A DNA stretch of 64,000 bases, from positions 26,600,001 to 26,664,000 of the forward strand of contig OZ249436.1 in assembly GCA_965235115.1 (NCBI GenBank). The letters are read 5' to 3'. Below are positions 23,990 to 36,032 of this stretch, piece after piece. The first letter of the stretch is position 1. Every line of letters starts with the position of its first letter. Below the pieces are notes generated by a model. The model ran no database searches and was not told where the DNA came from. It was given only the letters and a program-made list of their open reading frames with translations. The stretch is from Laetmonice hystrix. Lineage: Eukaryota. The translations under genes were made by a program, and so were the position numbers.

Positions 23990-24424
23990 AACAAGACAAT
24001 GTCTAAATGAATGAATACCCTCGCCTTACAATGCATATTGTCCCTAAGTCCTATATCAATGACCTTGACCTTGGTTGCAGGGGCCTGAAGTGTCAATTTA
24101 AGCTATTGTCGTTATGTATCATTGTCAAATTATATTGAAAAATGAAGGCCTGTATTAAAGCGATAGAAGGGGGTACCTACATCGAGCATCTGCGACCTTG
24201 ACCTTGGCAAAAAAAAACCTGATGCCAGCTGGCCTCGTTCAAGATATTCAAGGCCCTGAATGGGTTGATTCGATTAGGATAAAATAAGTATGATCAAAAT
24301 CCATTGTGAAACGAGGATGTTTGAGCGTCGACAGTTATACTCGTACGGACGGACGTAACGGGGCGGGGCTAAAGGACATGGGTAAGTATTACACCCCTCC
24401 CCCCATTTCAACGCGTGCACATAA
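23990..24424 (+). mobile_element. Short Helentron/HINE-like element
   Basis: Starts aacaag, has gaccttgaccttg motifs and a (cgga)n microsatellite near the 3' end, and ends in a C-rich stretch then ataa. Confidence 0.4.
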
Positions 24425-27400
24425 TCTTAGTGATGACCTTTAATGAAGCAGAAATAGTTATCGTTACTTCGAACCCCTAGTGTAAAACATAGCATCAAAT
24501 TCATGATTATAATCAAATATCAACAAAAGGGCGCTTGTTAGACCTGTGAATCCGCTGGCCCTCCCGCTGTCAAGGAACCGGACACGTGAATAACATGGCT
24601 CATGTCTGTATGCAAGATTGTTAAAACAAATTACCACCACCACGACTGTGACACGCCGTGGGTTCAAGGGTCGACCAGGGAGTGACTGGACTACTTGTCA
24701 GACAGGCAGTGTGACAGTTTGCTACGTTTATCGCTCGACTTGGAGCGCATACAAATACGGTCTGGCGACACAGTGGCGAGTTAGGCTATGTAGGCCTATA
24801 GCCGGGCAGATTGCCAAACACGATGGGTAATCATGAAGCAAGTGATGACTGCTTGCCACAGTCTTACAACATACACTCTATGTATCTTAATAATAATGCC
24901 ACATATTTTACAAGATACATTCTAAGATAAATAGATACAGTTAATTTGAGCAATATTATAGTTAATTTCAGGGTGAGAATCCAACATTTATTATTTGTCC
25001 AGGCCAAGTGGAACTTATATATTGCTAATACCTAGAATCCACTATGAGATAAGAAATCGGACCGACACATGAAAGTGGCATCGGAGGAAAAAAAACCTAA
25101 CTAAATCGGACTGACTGGTCCGTCAATCATACGAAAATAATTCACAAGGTGGTGAAAATAGTGTTACAGTATCGTCCATGCTGCAGTAACACTGGCGCAT
25201 AGTTTAAACGGTGCAAGATACGCAGACACAAACCAAACTGGACACGAAGCGAATGACCATTGCTACCATAATCGCAGTTTTAGAAGAAGATGAAGAATTT
25301 TGGGAATCAGCGGGAACATTTCAGACCGAGATTTATTAACATGTTTATAAATAATTATTATCGTATGCCCCCAAATCGGTTGAGATTTCATCGCTCCAGA
25401 ATTTTTCGGACAGATTTCCTTACTCCACCGTGATGTATTTTTGCAATATTTTGCTAATCGGATCAAAATTTTGCATGGTGGATCCACCCCTTAAGGATAC
25501 AGCCTGTAACTGGATAGAATACCCTACTCTTGTGGAAGAAAAGGTTCTGGGGTTCTTATTTCCAGCTGCACGTACGTATACGTGCTTGAACCACCGAACC
25601 CCTTAATGATCAAGTTCCCGAGCAATTTGGGAGGGACAATGAGAGAAGGATACCAACGTATCTCTGGCCTCGAGATGACATTGCGGGACGCTCAACCACA
25701 TTACCAGCCTCGGTTCCTTCGTCGTCTGAGCTAGGGGCGGAGGTTGAGGTTTACCAAAGGGACCGGGGTGTTGAGTGACCATAACCAACACAAGGCCAGA
25801 TGCTAACCAGCATGGGGCCAGTATTGAGCCGATTATAAAATATGAACCAGAGTTAAGCCACACCGCTGAAGAGTTGGGCCACCGCTGGATGCCATATAGT
25901 TACTTATTTATATAAGACCGCAATACACATCTTAGTTAATACTACATAGATGCTGGTGACACACTTTTAAACTCCTGAAATTAGACATGCAGGTGTTTAT
26001 CAACACGCTGTCCCAAAGGGGAGTTTGACATCTAAGGATGAAACCGGTTTTAAAACTAAAAGAATGTCAGTCCTCGATTTCTAACTTCCACTCTAGATAT
26101 GGAAAATCGCCCCCTTCCAGGTGATAAAATCAGCATATCCATGTATAATGATATAGCAATATAGGAAGCCCTTCTTCACCTGCCTTGTCGTGTCGGACTA
26201 TGTATACACCCACACTCCTCTCATTATAGTCCTCAACCCCCCTGCTCCCCTGAGTTTCTTGGACGGGTATGCATAGGCAACGTCCCTGAGTCATAAAGGT
26301 CACCTTGGAAATTCCAATAACTGTGCGGCGGTTGGCAAGGCCGTGACATGATCGATTGCCAGACGGTGACATCAATGATGATTGTATCCAATCTCCGTGA
26401 ACAATTTGCATCAATATACGAGGAGAGCCACACGCAGTCGGATATGAAGCTCTGGGCCATGAGGGGAAATGCCATTTCCATGACCATGTCTTTGAGATAG
26501 AACCAGGTGCCGAGATTAGATCAAAGACGGTCGGTGTACCACGTTTAGGAATGGGGCGCCAATCTTTCAGCTACTAGTTCTAGATGCGTGCCTTCCCAGC
26601 GATGGCAGCATATTGAAATGTTACTTTTCATGTATTTTGGAAAGAGCAATTCGACTGTTCCGTTTCCATAAACCAGTTATATGGCTTTCCTGCCTAAACT
26701 AACGTGAAACAAGATAACGATTCCTGTGATAAAATGTTTTAGACACTGTCGTATAGTTACTACTTCTCAACCATACAGCGAGAGGCCTACAGAAGCGTTC
26801 GTCCAGTCGAATAGAAGACAAGGCCAACAAAACGATTTACTCACGTACGGTAACGACCTGGGATGTTACTATTAGGAAAGTAAAAAAGACGATCCTCATT
26901 GCAGTCTTACCGTCGCGAGGAAATTACTGAGTTGTGCTTACATATTGACGTACAATGCTAGAATTCGTTTGTTCGGACACATCGACCACTTAGAGCTGCT
27001 GTTACAGAACCGCAACGTTCCCCCGCGTCAATATGACCAATTTGGATTCAGCTCTTAAAGGTAGACTTGCTTTTATCTGTTACGAATGTGAAGCAGGCCT
27101 GTGACGTATCTTTTTATTTTGTCGGATGTCGGGTGAAAATCCTTTGTATTTTGTCAAATATCGCATAAATTATCTCACAACATTGGAAACATAAAGGTTG
27201 TATCGATATCCACGTATTTTCCTTGAAAGAAAAGTAAAATAAAAAATTGAAAGAAAATAGATTAAAAATCAGATTAAGAGGATTAAGAAATATAATTCTT
27301 TCTTTCGTCCTTCCTGCCTTCCCCCTTTCTTCCTTTCTTTTTCACCAACAACACCCTGGCCTTCTCTATCTGTCAAACATTTTTGGACTGTGAGCCACTC

Positions 27401-27523
27401 TAAAAATTACCGACGCCCGCTATTTTTACGGCGTAGAAGATCGTGTATTGTGTAATCTCTTCCATTTGTTCAGGATGTAATGATATTAGTTGCACTTTCC
27501 CTTTGGGTACGACCATGGTAGAC

Positions 27524-28240
27524 ACGGTCAGTATAACAAACCTGCCGGAATCTGTCCTACGGTCAGTATCATAAACCTGCCGGAATCTTTCCTACGGTCA
27601 GTATCATAAACCTGCCGGAATCTGTCCTACGGTCAGTATCATAAACCTGCCGGAATCTTTCCTACGGTCAGTGCCGCAATCTGTCCTACGGTCAGTATCA
27701 TAAACCTGCCGGAATCTGTCCTACAGTCAGTATCATAAACCTGCCGGAATCTGTCCTACGGTCAGTATCATAAACCTGCCGCAATCTGTCCTACGGTCAG
27801 TATCATAAACCTGCCGCAATCTGTCCTACGGTCAGTATCATAAACCTGCCGGAATCTGTCCTACGGTATCATAAACCTGCCGGAATCTGTCCTTCGGTCA
27901 GTATCATAAACCTGCCGGAATCTGTCCTACGGTCAGTATCATAAACCTGCCGGAATCTGTCCTACGGTCAGTATCATAAACCTGCCGGAATCTGTCCTAC
28001 GGTCAGTATCATAAACCTGCCAGAATCTGTCCTACGGTCAGTATCATAAACCTGCCGGAATCTGTCCTACGGTCAGTATCATAAACCTGCCGGAATCTGT
28101 CCTACGGTCAGTATCATAAACCTGCCGGAATCTGTCCTATACGGTCAGTATCATAAACCTGCCGCAATCTGTCCTACGGTCAGTATCATAAACCTGCCGC
28201 AATCTGTCCTACGGTCAGTATCATAAACCTGCCGCAATCT
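27524..28240. repeat. 35-bp minisatellite, about 20 copies
   Basis: Unit cggtcagtatcataaacctgccggaatctgtccta. Confidence 0.95.
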
Positions 28241-28645
28241 CAGACAATCAGCTCAGCATGCCGACAAGACTAGTGTTAGCGAATTGTATCAGAACAATAT
28301 CAGAGAGATATAGCTAAAATAACCGCTGGCGTTTAGGATCTAAGGTGCCCTTTCCATGCACTTTCCTTAATATGTATTATCTTGAGGTGAACGATGCGGA
28401 TCCCTTCAGACGTAATCCACACAGAGTTTACAGCCGCTGGCCCTCACATTGGATGGTATGAGGAAGGGGAGGGGCGGGTGTCATATGCTTTTGACGCGTG
28501 GTAAACCGCGGGGACATGTTCTTTCATGTGCACGGCCATGGGACCTAAACATCTGTTACAGTTGGCAGGGCCAGAGAATTGCACTAAACAACTTCAAAAT
28601 CAGAGGCACCAATCTACAGCGCGCAGGCGACAGTCGATTGCGGTG

Positions 28646-29326
28646 AAGGGGCGTGGTGTTGGAGGGGTGCGGGTACGTGTTGGAGGGGTGTGGTGTTGGA
28701 GGGATGTGGTGTTGGAGGGGTGTGGTGTTGGAGGGGTGCGGGTACGTGTTAGAGGGGTGTGGTGTTGAAGGGGTGTGGTGTTGGAGGGATGTGGTGTTGG
28801 AGGGGTGTGGTGTTGGAGGGGTGTGATGTTGGAGGGGATGCGGGTACGTGTTAGAGGGGTGTGGTGTTGAAGGGGTGTGGTGTTGGAGGGGTGTGGTGTT
28901 GGAGGGGTGTGGGTACGTGTTGGAGGGGTGTGGTGTTGGAGGGGTGCGGGTACGTGTTGGAGGGGTGTGGTGTTGGAGGGGTGTGGTGTTGGAGGGATGT
29001 GGTGTTGGAGGGGTGTGGTGTTGGAGGGGTGCGGGTACGTGTTGGAGGGGTGTGGTGTTGGAGGGGTGTGGTGTTGGAGGGATGTGGTGTTGGAGGGGTG
29101 TGGTGTTGGAGGGGTGTGGTGTTGGAGGGGTGCGGGTACGTGTTGGAGGGGTGTGGTTTGGAGGGGTGCGGGTACGTATTGGAGGGGTGTGGTGTTGGAG
29201 GGGTGTGGTTTCGGAGGGGTACGGGTACGTGTTGGAGGGGTGTGGTGTTGGAGGGGTGTGGTGTTGGAGGGGTGCGGTGTTGGAGGGGTGCGGTGTTGGA
29301 GGGGTACGTGTTGGAGGGGTGTGGTG
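28646..29326. repeat. G-rich minisatellite of mixed 16/21-bp units
   Basis: ggaggggtgtggtgtt interspersed with ggaggggtgcgggtacgtgtt. Confidence 0.95.
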
Positions 29327-29425
29327 ACGCCCAATGTAGTGACGAAGTATTTCGCATGTTCTGAGGTCACTTACCGCAAACAGAAGGATGCGCAGAAACT
29401 ACTTCAGGTAAACACAAAACCTCGT

Positions 29426-29736
29426 CTCAGCTGACCCAAATCCCGTGCTCGCGAGAGAAAAACGCGAAAACCTCTGCTCGGCCACCTATCCAATCAAAAC
29501 CTCGATTATCGGCTCGGCTAACCCTAACCGTAACTACTCCTAACCCTTACGGCACCTGCCAGGTGATGGAACCGCAAAGCAGACCAGCCAATCAGAAGCC
29601 TGTTAGTTTAAGTAAGCTTTACTCAAGGTGAGAATTTGTGAAAAACTGGGCCCAAGTGACAGAACCGATGTTTTCGCCAGCCCAGCCGAGGTTCGCGTTT
29701 TTTCGCTAGGCGTGCCGAGGAGCTGGGTTAGCCGAG
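29426..29736. mobile_element. Diverged MITE
   Basis: Imperfect TIR of about 55 bp: ctcagctgaccca...gaaaaacgcgaaaacctc versus reverse complement ctcggctaaccca...gaaaaaacgcgaacctc. Confidence 0.5.
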
Positions 29737-30689
29737 CCTTAGTATACTTTTGGGCCACCGTATTAATATGCGTTAGCGGAACCTCTGGTGGAAAACCCGT
29801 CGGTTGGTTATTTTGGGTTCATGAGAAGTACTCCCTTGACACACCAGGCCGGATCGAGGAATTTGGAAAGGGGAAAGGTACAACACGGTTAATTCAGAAA
29901 GCCTGATGGAAACAGAAAAAAAATGAAGCCAAAGGGGGGGGGGGAGGGAGTCAGTCCCCCCTTTGGCTTCATTTTTTTGGGGGGGGGGGGGCTGACTCCC
30001 TCCCCCCCATGGATCCGCCACTGCACATTATCTGACATAATTATGATGCATGATGCGAACCTTGAGATAACAGGACAACACGACATTGCAGAACATATTT
30101 CTACCAGACACATCTTTGTATGATTTCTTTAGAATACTAAAGCGGTTAAAGAAATTTTCGACTTCGGCAGTGTTAAATGAGCCCTTGAGCAGATTAACGT
30201 ATTACTAACAAATCCACGACCGTTATAGTTTTTTTGTGTGTGATATGGTACCTATGTTTAGCTATAAAAGGCGATTAGCATTTAGATCTAAACATTGTTT
30301 CTCCCAACAGCCAAAGATCTTAACGTGATATAAAATGAAAATCTTACTTGCACCTAAAACATGACCTTTCTTCCAGGAAAATAAACAAAATATATAATAA
30401 ACAAGTCGAAGACAGCGCATGCACAAATTGCTCTAGTAGTTTACAAAAGGAATTTGTCACTGTTCTAATAGAGAAAATACCTCCGAGCGAGTTTTAATAG
30501 GCATAAACAGATCGCGATATTTCTTTCTGAACGAGTTCTGAAAGCATTACGCAGACAGAGGTTTCAGCTGGGGTAACATCAAACTCTATGCAGTGTACAT
30601 CACTGTCGAGAGAGAAAAATATTATTGATCTCACTTCTATAAGTAATTCCATTTCATTCAACACAAGTGCAGGGATTTCTCTAATCATG

Positions 30690-30705
30690 AGCGAGAGAGG
30701 GAGAG

Positions 30706-30750
<45 letters not shown>

Positions 30751-30870
30751 AGAGAGAGAGAGAGGGGGAGAGAGAGAGGGATAGAGAGAGAGAGAGGGGG
30801 GGAGAGAGGGAGGGAGAGAGAGAGAGGGAGAGAGAGATAGAGAGAGAGAGGTAGAGAGAGAGAGAGAGAT
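30690..30870. repeat. (GA)n imperfect microsatellite
   Basis: Direct inspection. Confidence 0.95.
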
Positions 30871-31277
30871 CCAGACAAACAGACAGAGACAGAGCGACAG
30901 ACAGCGAGACACCCTGAACATCCTGAATACCATATGCCTCGATTTGGAACTGAGATGAACTTATTCTTGGACCAGTAAAAGTCCACATGGGATGAAGGCG
31001 GTGGCTCTTGTATTTATGATATTGCCAATGTGTTCATTGATAGTGTGAACAAACAAGCAGAGAAATGGACGCATTGTTCCTGCCTCTACACTCTCCCAAA
31101 CAGGGAGCCTGTCTGATAATAGCACATCCCCAGATTTGACGGCATATGAATGCTTCCACCATAATACTAATACTAACAGGATCCTGAAAAGCAATAATCT
31201 TTGCTTCCCGTGATTGCTGACCAGCCGCTGATTAAAAAGCACAGCGCTAACATCGCAAACGGTGGACTGAAGCTTTA

Positions 31278-31844
31278 AGCCTACCTCACACTACACGATT
31301 TGGGGTTGCGAAAGTATAGGACACGATTTTCTGTCGTGTCTTAAGTTTTCGTGTTGTGTATAGTCGTACGACAGGTGTCCTCATACTACACGATTTCTGC
31401 TATTAACGATAACTTCCTACGACACGATAAGACAAAGTGTTGGCGGGAAGTTTCTGGTCATTTGACCTGGAAAATGAGGTGCGCTCGCAGTTGTACAGTT
31501 GTGTGCGATACCACACGAACCTCACAGATTTCCTACGATATTCCCCGATTCTTCACGACACGATTTCTTCTCTACGGCACAAGAAGACAGGTGTTCTCAC
31601 ACATTACGATTTCCCACGACACGAGAAGAAAAACTGTCGTGCGACAGAAAAATGCATGCAACATGTTCAAAACCCCAGGATAGGAGATCCTGGCAGAAAA
31701 GACAGAGTCGTAGATGTAGGGACAATCGTGTCGGCCAACCTCTCACACATACGATAACCACCGACAGCACAAAACAATTTTGTTCTGTCTTGTCGTGTCT
31801 CACAAGTACGTGTCGTTAGAAAATCGCGTAGTGTGAGGCAGGCT
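31278..31844. mobile_element. PIF/Harbinger MITE
   Basis: TIR agcctRcctcacactacRcgattt; TTA TSD (31275-31277, 31845-31847); internal acacga repeats. Confidence 0.85.
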
Positions 31845-33118
31845 TTACTCGTAGACAGGACGGCTGTGTGTCACATTCACAGATTGTTCCATTATGTGCG
31901 AGGAGCTCTAATATTAAAGCGATGACGAAAACAGGCATCCAACGCTGGTTTGTGTTCGCCCACACGCCTGTCGCACTCCACTCGCTCCCCGTCATGCGGA
32001 ATGATGTCTGCGATCTGCCCACAGTTTTGTCAGCGTGAACGCCGTCGAGTAAAAAAGATAATCGAGCACAGAACGCGAAGCGTTGAGTCCGTTTTCTGTT
32101 TTAACCGGTCCGCTCCACTGATTCCGATCGCTAACACAGGATCGTCGGTGTTGGTCCACAGACAAGTGCAGTCAACATGTTTACGGTGGGTGAACACGGA
32201 GGGGGGGGGGGGTGCAAGCTGTCATATTTCGCCCATGCATATTCAGGGTGAAGATAAAGGTTTCAAAACTTTCAGTCTTGGGACCTATTGTGGCCCTCGA
32301 GTTCCGTGGTCTGGAGGCGGGGGTCGAACTAGATCGATGAGATGGTCAGTGTCAGAAAGAGATGGACATGCACTGGGGATGGACAATTAGAGCAATGGTA
32401 CTGGAAGGAGGCAACCCCATCTGTGCCAGAATATTCTGTAATCCGACCCTCAGTCACTCTCCCTCTCCCATCATACGATAGGCGTATGAATACGGCACTC
32501 CACCTTCGGTGTCGTGCCGTATTCATGCACCATACATCTCGTTCCATACTTTACTGCGGTGAAAGACCCTCATCGCGTTATAAATACGTGTTGGCATGTT
32601 TCCCCGGAAGACTATAGAATACCTATAGACGTTCCTCAAATTGCCTCACTTCGTTCATATTTTCATGACGATGACCACGCAGTCCGATGTACCTTCAAAG
32701 GAACTCCGAGACGTGTACCGGCATGTCGTATACATTACGATGTAACGTGCAGAAATGACTGATCTTCAAGGAAAAGGAAGCATCTGCGGAGACTGATGGA
32801 CTCATATATGCAGCCCCCCTTTTACACAGCAGCCCGTGTTTGACATGTTCGATCCTCCAGACGCGTCGCTTACAGCAAGCACAGCAAATGCTCCGTTGTC
32901 GTCGACGTCGTCAAGAATACGGATTTCAAAGCAATGTGTTTGTATTCGGCGTCTAATGATAAGCGTTCGTAAAATCCGGGCCGAGTAAATCATATAGTTT
33001 GACTCGAATCGATTCCATTTTTTTATGTAGTTTTGTTTAAATATACAGTCAGAGTATATTCCATTAGATGGCAAATATGTAAGCCTAACACTTCAATGTA
33101 TATTACGTCCGTTTGATA

Positions 33119-33830
33119 TATCGGGTTCAAAAAGAAACCTGGAACACTCTTTTCTTGACTGTAACTTCTATACTTTTGATCCCAATGTCATAATATTTGG
33201 CACATTATATCATTTGGTTATTGGGGCATGTGTAGCCTGGTCCATATCTCTATATTGACTACGTATATAGCCTGGTGAAGGCTATAATCGAAGACAGAGC
33301 TGTGATTGGCCCGGGCCCATCGAAAACATGGACGCAAACGTTGAAGGTAGTTCCGTATCCTCCGTATTATCGTCAATCCTTTTACAATACAAGTGTTAAA
33401 TGTCCTCGCTTTTCTGGATGTAGACATTGTGTCATCGGTCTCTACGCCAGGCTACGGTCTGCATCACACATGGCCAAGTTGTCACACTCCAAGCAGAGAT
33501 CGATCACTCCGTTGACGCTGGCCAACGCAACGGAAGTGGAAGCGCTTGGAGCTTGAGCAACTTCCTTCCGCTTGTCGGTTTTCTGACAAGTGAAATTACC
33601 CATCACCTGGCCTAACATAGCGGACGCTTCTGGTAGGCAGGGGACCAGGCTAGGGTATGAGGTACAAATTTCAGATAAATAGGCCAAAACGTCTAAAAAT
33701 AGTGGCATTTTAGAAACTGCCCCTCAAAAACTGCAATGCCGGGTCAGGGCAACGTTTTCGACGTGTGAATGACGTTACATCTGTGAATCAAATGCCACCT
33801 TTCCAAAACAGGTGGCGGGTCAGACTCTGT
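33119..33830. mobile_element. Tc1/mariner-like non-autonomous element (homolog at about 63269-63455)
   Basis: ta|tatcggg start and shared gaacactcttttcttgactgtaac...catttggttatt...cagataaatagg. The right end is approximate. Confidence 0.5.
33233..33652. mobile_element. TAG-terminal MITE with 9-bp TSD (AcademH- or Mutator-like)
   Basis: TIR tagcctggtcc/ggaccaggcta; gggcatgtg (33224-33232) versus gggtatgag (33653-33661); absent from the homologous host copy at about 63380. Confidence 0.7.
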
Positions 33831-35825
33831 TTTTCTACATTTCATCAGAAACTTTCACACAGAGCAGGTTGTTTTCCGAAATTTTCTGCATGGCGTTCAG
33901 TACGTGATGGCAGGTCTCGGCAGCCTGCTTAACTGCATTTCGGAGCACAACATGGGGTAGTAAATGAAGTGAGCAACAAAACACAAAACAACCCCCCCCC
34001 TCTGATCCGCCCCTGACATCCATTTGCTATGCTCAGTTTAAAATTCTCTATGTCGACTCGTCCATCATAGAGTGCCAACAACAGTGCGAGGACGTTGAAA
34101 TACAAGAGAAGACCAGACTGAAGCGTTATCTAATTTGTAGTGCTGTTTCTAGATATGATCTTTTTAAGATAAATCTCTGCGTATGGATATAAATTAGAGC
34201 AGTGAAGTGATATATAACAAAAACGTGTTGAATTATAAGCTGTCATTGTCAGCGACAGAAGCTCTGTAACGTCGTTAAAACTAAGAATGGCAATGGAGGT
34301 CCATCTTGTGTGCCAGATATAACAGTTTTAAAAACGGTTAGACAGTACTCTTGGTAGACCAAAGAGAATATACATCGGTCCACGACTATTCAATCGTGAA
34401 CTCTAAAGATAACGTCATTACCAGGTTAGTAGTAACTATAATAGATAATTGGAAGTAAAAAGAATAAGGAAAATATTTCAACTTTGATCATGAATTTGGC
34501 CATAACATAAGCCGTACTATACGTACTTATTACAAAACATTGCGCATAACTTAATAAAACAGAAATCTTCTGAATTAGGGTAACGGATTTTCATTTGAAT
34601 CAGAATGCCACGCAAACTATAGAAATATGTTCTTGGCGATGATGGAGAGTTCAAGTGGTATAACATTGTGTAAAAAATTTATCCAGCAACTGCCCCCCCC
34701 CCCCCCCATTAAAGCCATCACAATCATGACTGTGCCATCTTGTGCGATAACGTGTCATATACCAATACAAAATGTGTTATCCTACTTGTGGGTCTGTATA
34801 TGTCGGCTCTTATCATCAGTAAAGAGAACCAACAGAGTTTTCATGATTTCAGGTAGAGGTTGAAGCGATTGTATATCACATACATTACTATACTCGATGG
34901 CATGAATTCACCTCATCCATACAGTAGATCAGAACGAAGAATCCGTGGGAAAGAGACACGTGGCGTCGCAGAATATCTGGTTTGACAGAGACTCGTGTGT
35001 AATCAGCCTAGTAATTATTTCCCTACGCCATGGATATCCTGATATCCTTCTGGTTGTGTCTATAATATTGGACCATCCTCTCTGGAAAACACCCCGCCGA
35101 CCTTGAGGCTTTGTATGGCACGGGTCAAGAAACAAAGTGTGTTTCGCACAGCTTAAAACAAATGGAATTTACACCGAGACAAAATTAAAAATACAGTTGT
35201 CGCAGGCAGATGTCGATCGATACAGATTAGATGATGAAGGTCTCAAAATAAAATGGTGGGAACCGTTCAATTCATTTGTTCGCCATCATCACTTAAAGGG
35301 GCATGCTATGAAACACGTTTTGGAGGATTTCCGGCAATTATCCAACATGATCGTGTACTAGGGATCCAAGTAAATAACCCTACCACAGCATTTTGTCCTC
35401 CGACGTGTTTTCGCTGCGTATGCAGCACAAGTAGTTTCTATACGACCAAACCTATAGATTTCTCCCGATAGCACATCTTCCGCCATAATTTGCTATAGAC
35501 AACCTCCCATCAACCCGTGTAATTGCATACTGTGTCACATCCTGCGTGTGCACTCTCTGCATGTGCTTAGTCACGTGCTTCGCTTAGTTGTAAACAATTC
35601 AGCAGTTGCACTCGATCGTTCGGCATCAGAATGCCACCCAAAAAATATTTAAGAGATCAGGGGGGTGGGGGAGATCGGGCAACCAGCTAGCCTAGTGGGC
35701 CAGTGGAGGCTTTACCAACATCTCTCCTCTCTAGTCCTTTACGGAGACATCTTTTCACTACGATTCCTGCTAACCCGGTAATATTACGACTTGGGCCGAC
35801 TACGGTATGAGTGATGTCGACGGGA

Positions 35826-36032
35826 GATCGTCATAACACGGCTATCAAAGACAGCGTGGAATACCCCAGACCATACAGCGAGGGGACGCGACTGTCGGCC
35901 TCCGAACTCCCGCTAAAATTATTGTCTGATCGTCATAACACGGCTATCAAAGACAGCGTGGAATACCCCAGACCATACAGCGAGGGGACGCGACTGTCGG
36001 CCTCCGAACTCCCGCTAAAATTATTGTCTGAT
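35826..36032. repeat. Perfect 102-bp tandem duplication
   Basis: gatcgtcataacacggc...attattgtct occurs twice. Confidence 0.95.

Noticed and set aside
27524..28240. 35-bp repeats resembling a CRISPR array (likewise 41210-41572 and 42068-42597)
   Set aside because: Head-to-tail units with no unique spacers, no cas genes, and a eukaryotic context.
28600..30988. Pro/His/Thr-rich, Gly/Val-rich and SL/ER ORFs
   Set aside because: Minisatellite and (GA)n translations.
31850..35480. Short ORFs with coding-like composition (also 26130-26500, 38880-39383, 49810-50268)
   Set aside because: No recognisable motifs and interrupted by stops; cannot be supported without a homology search.
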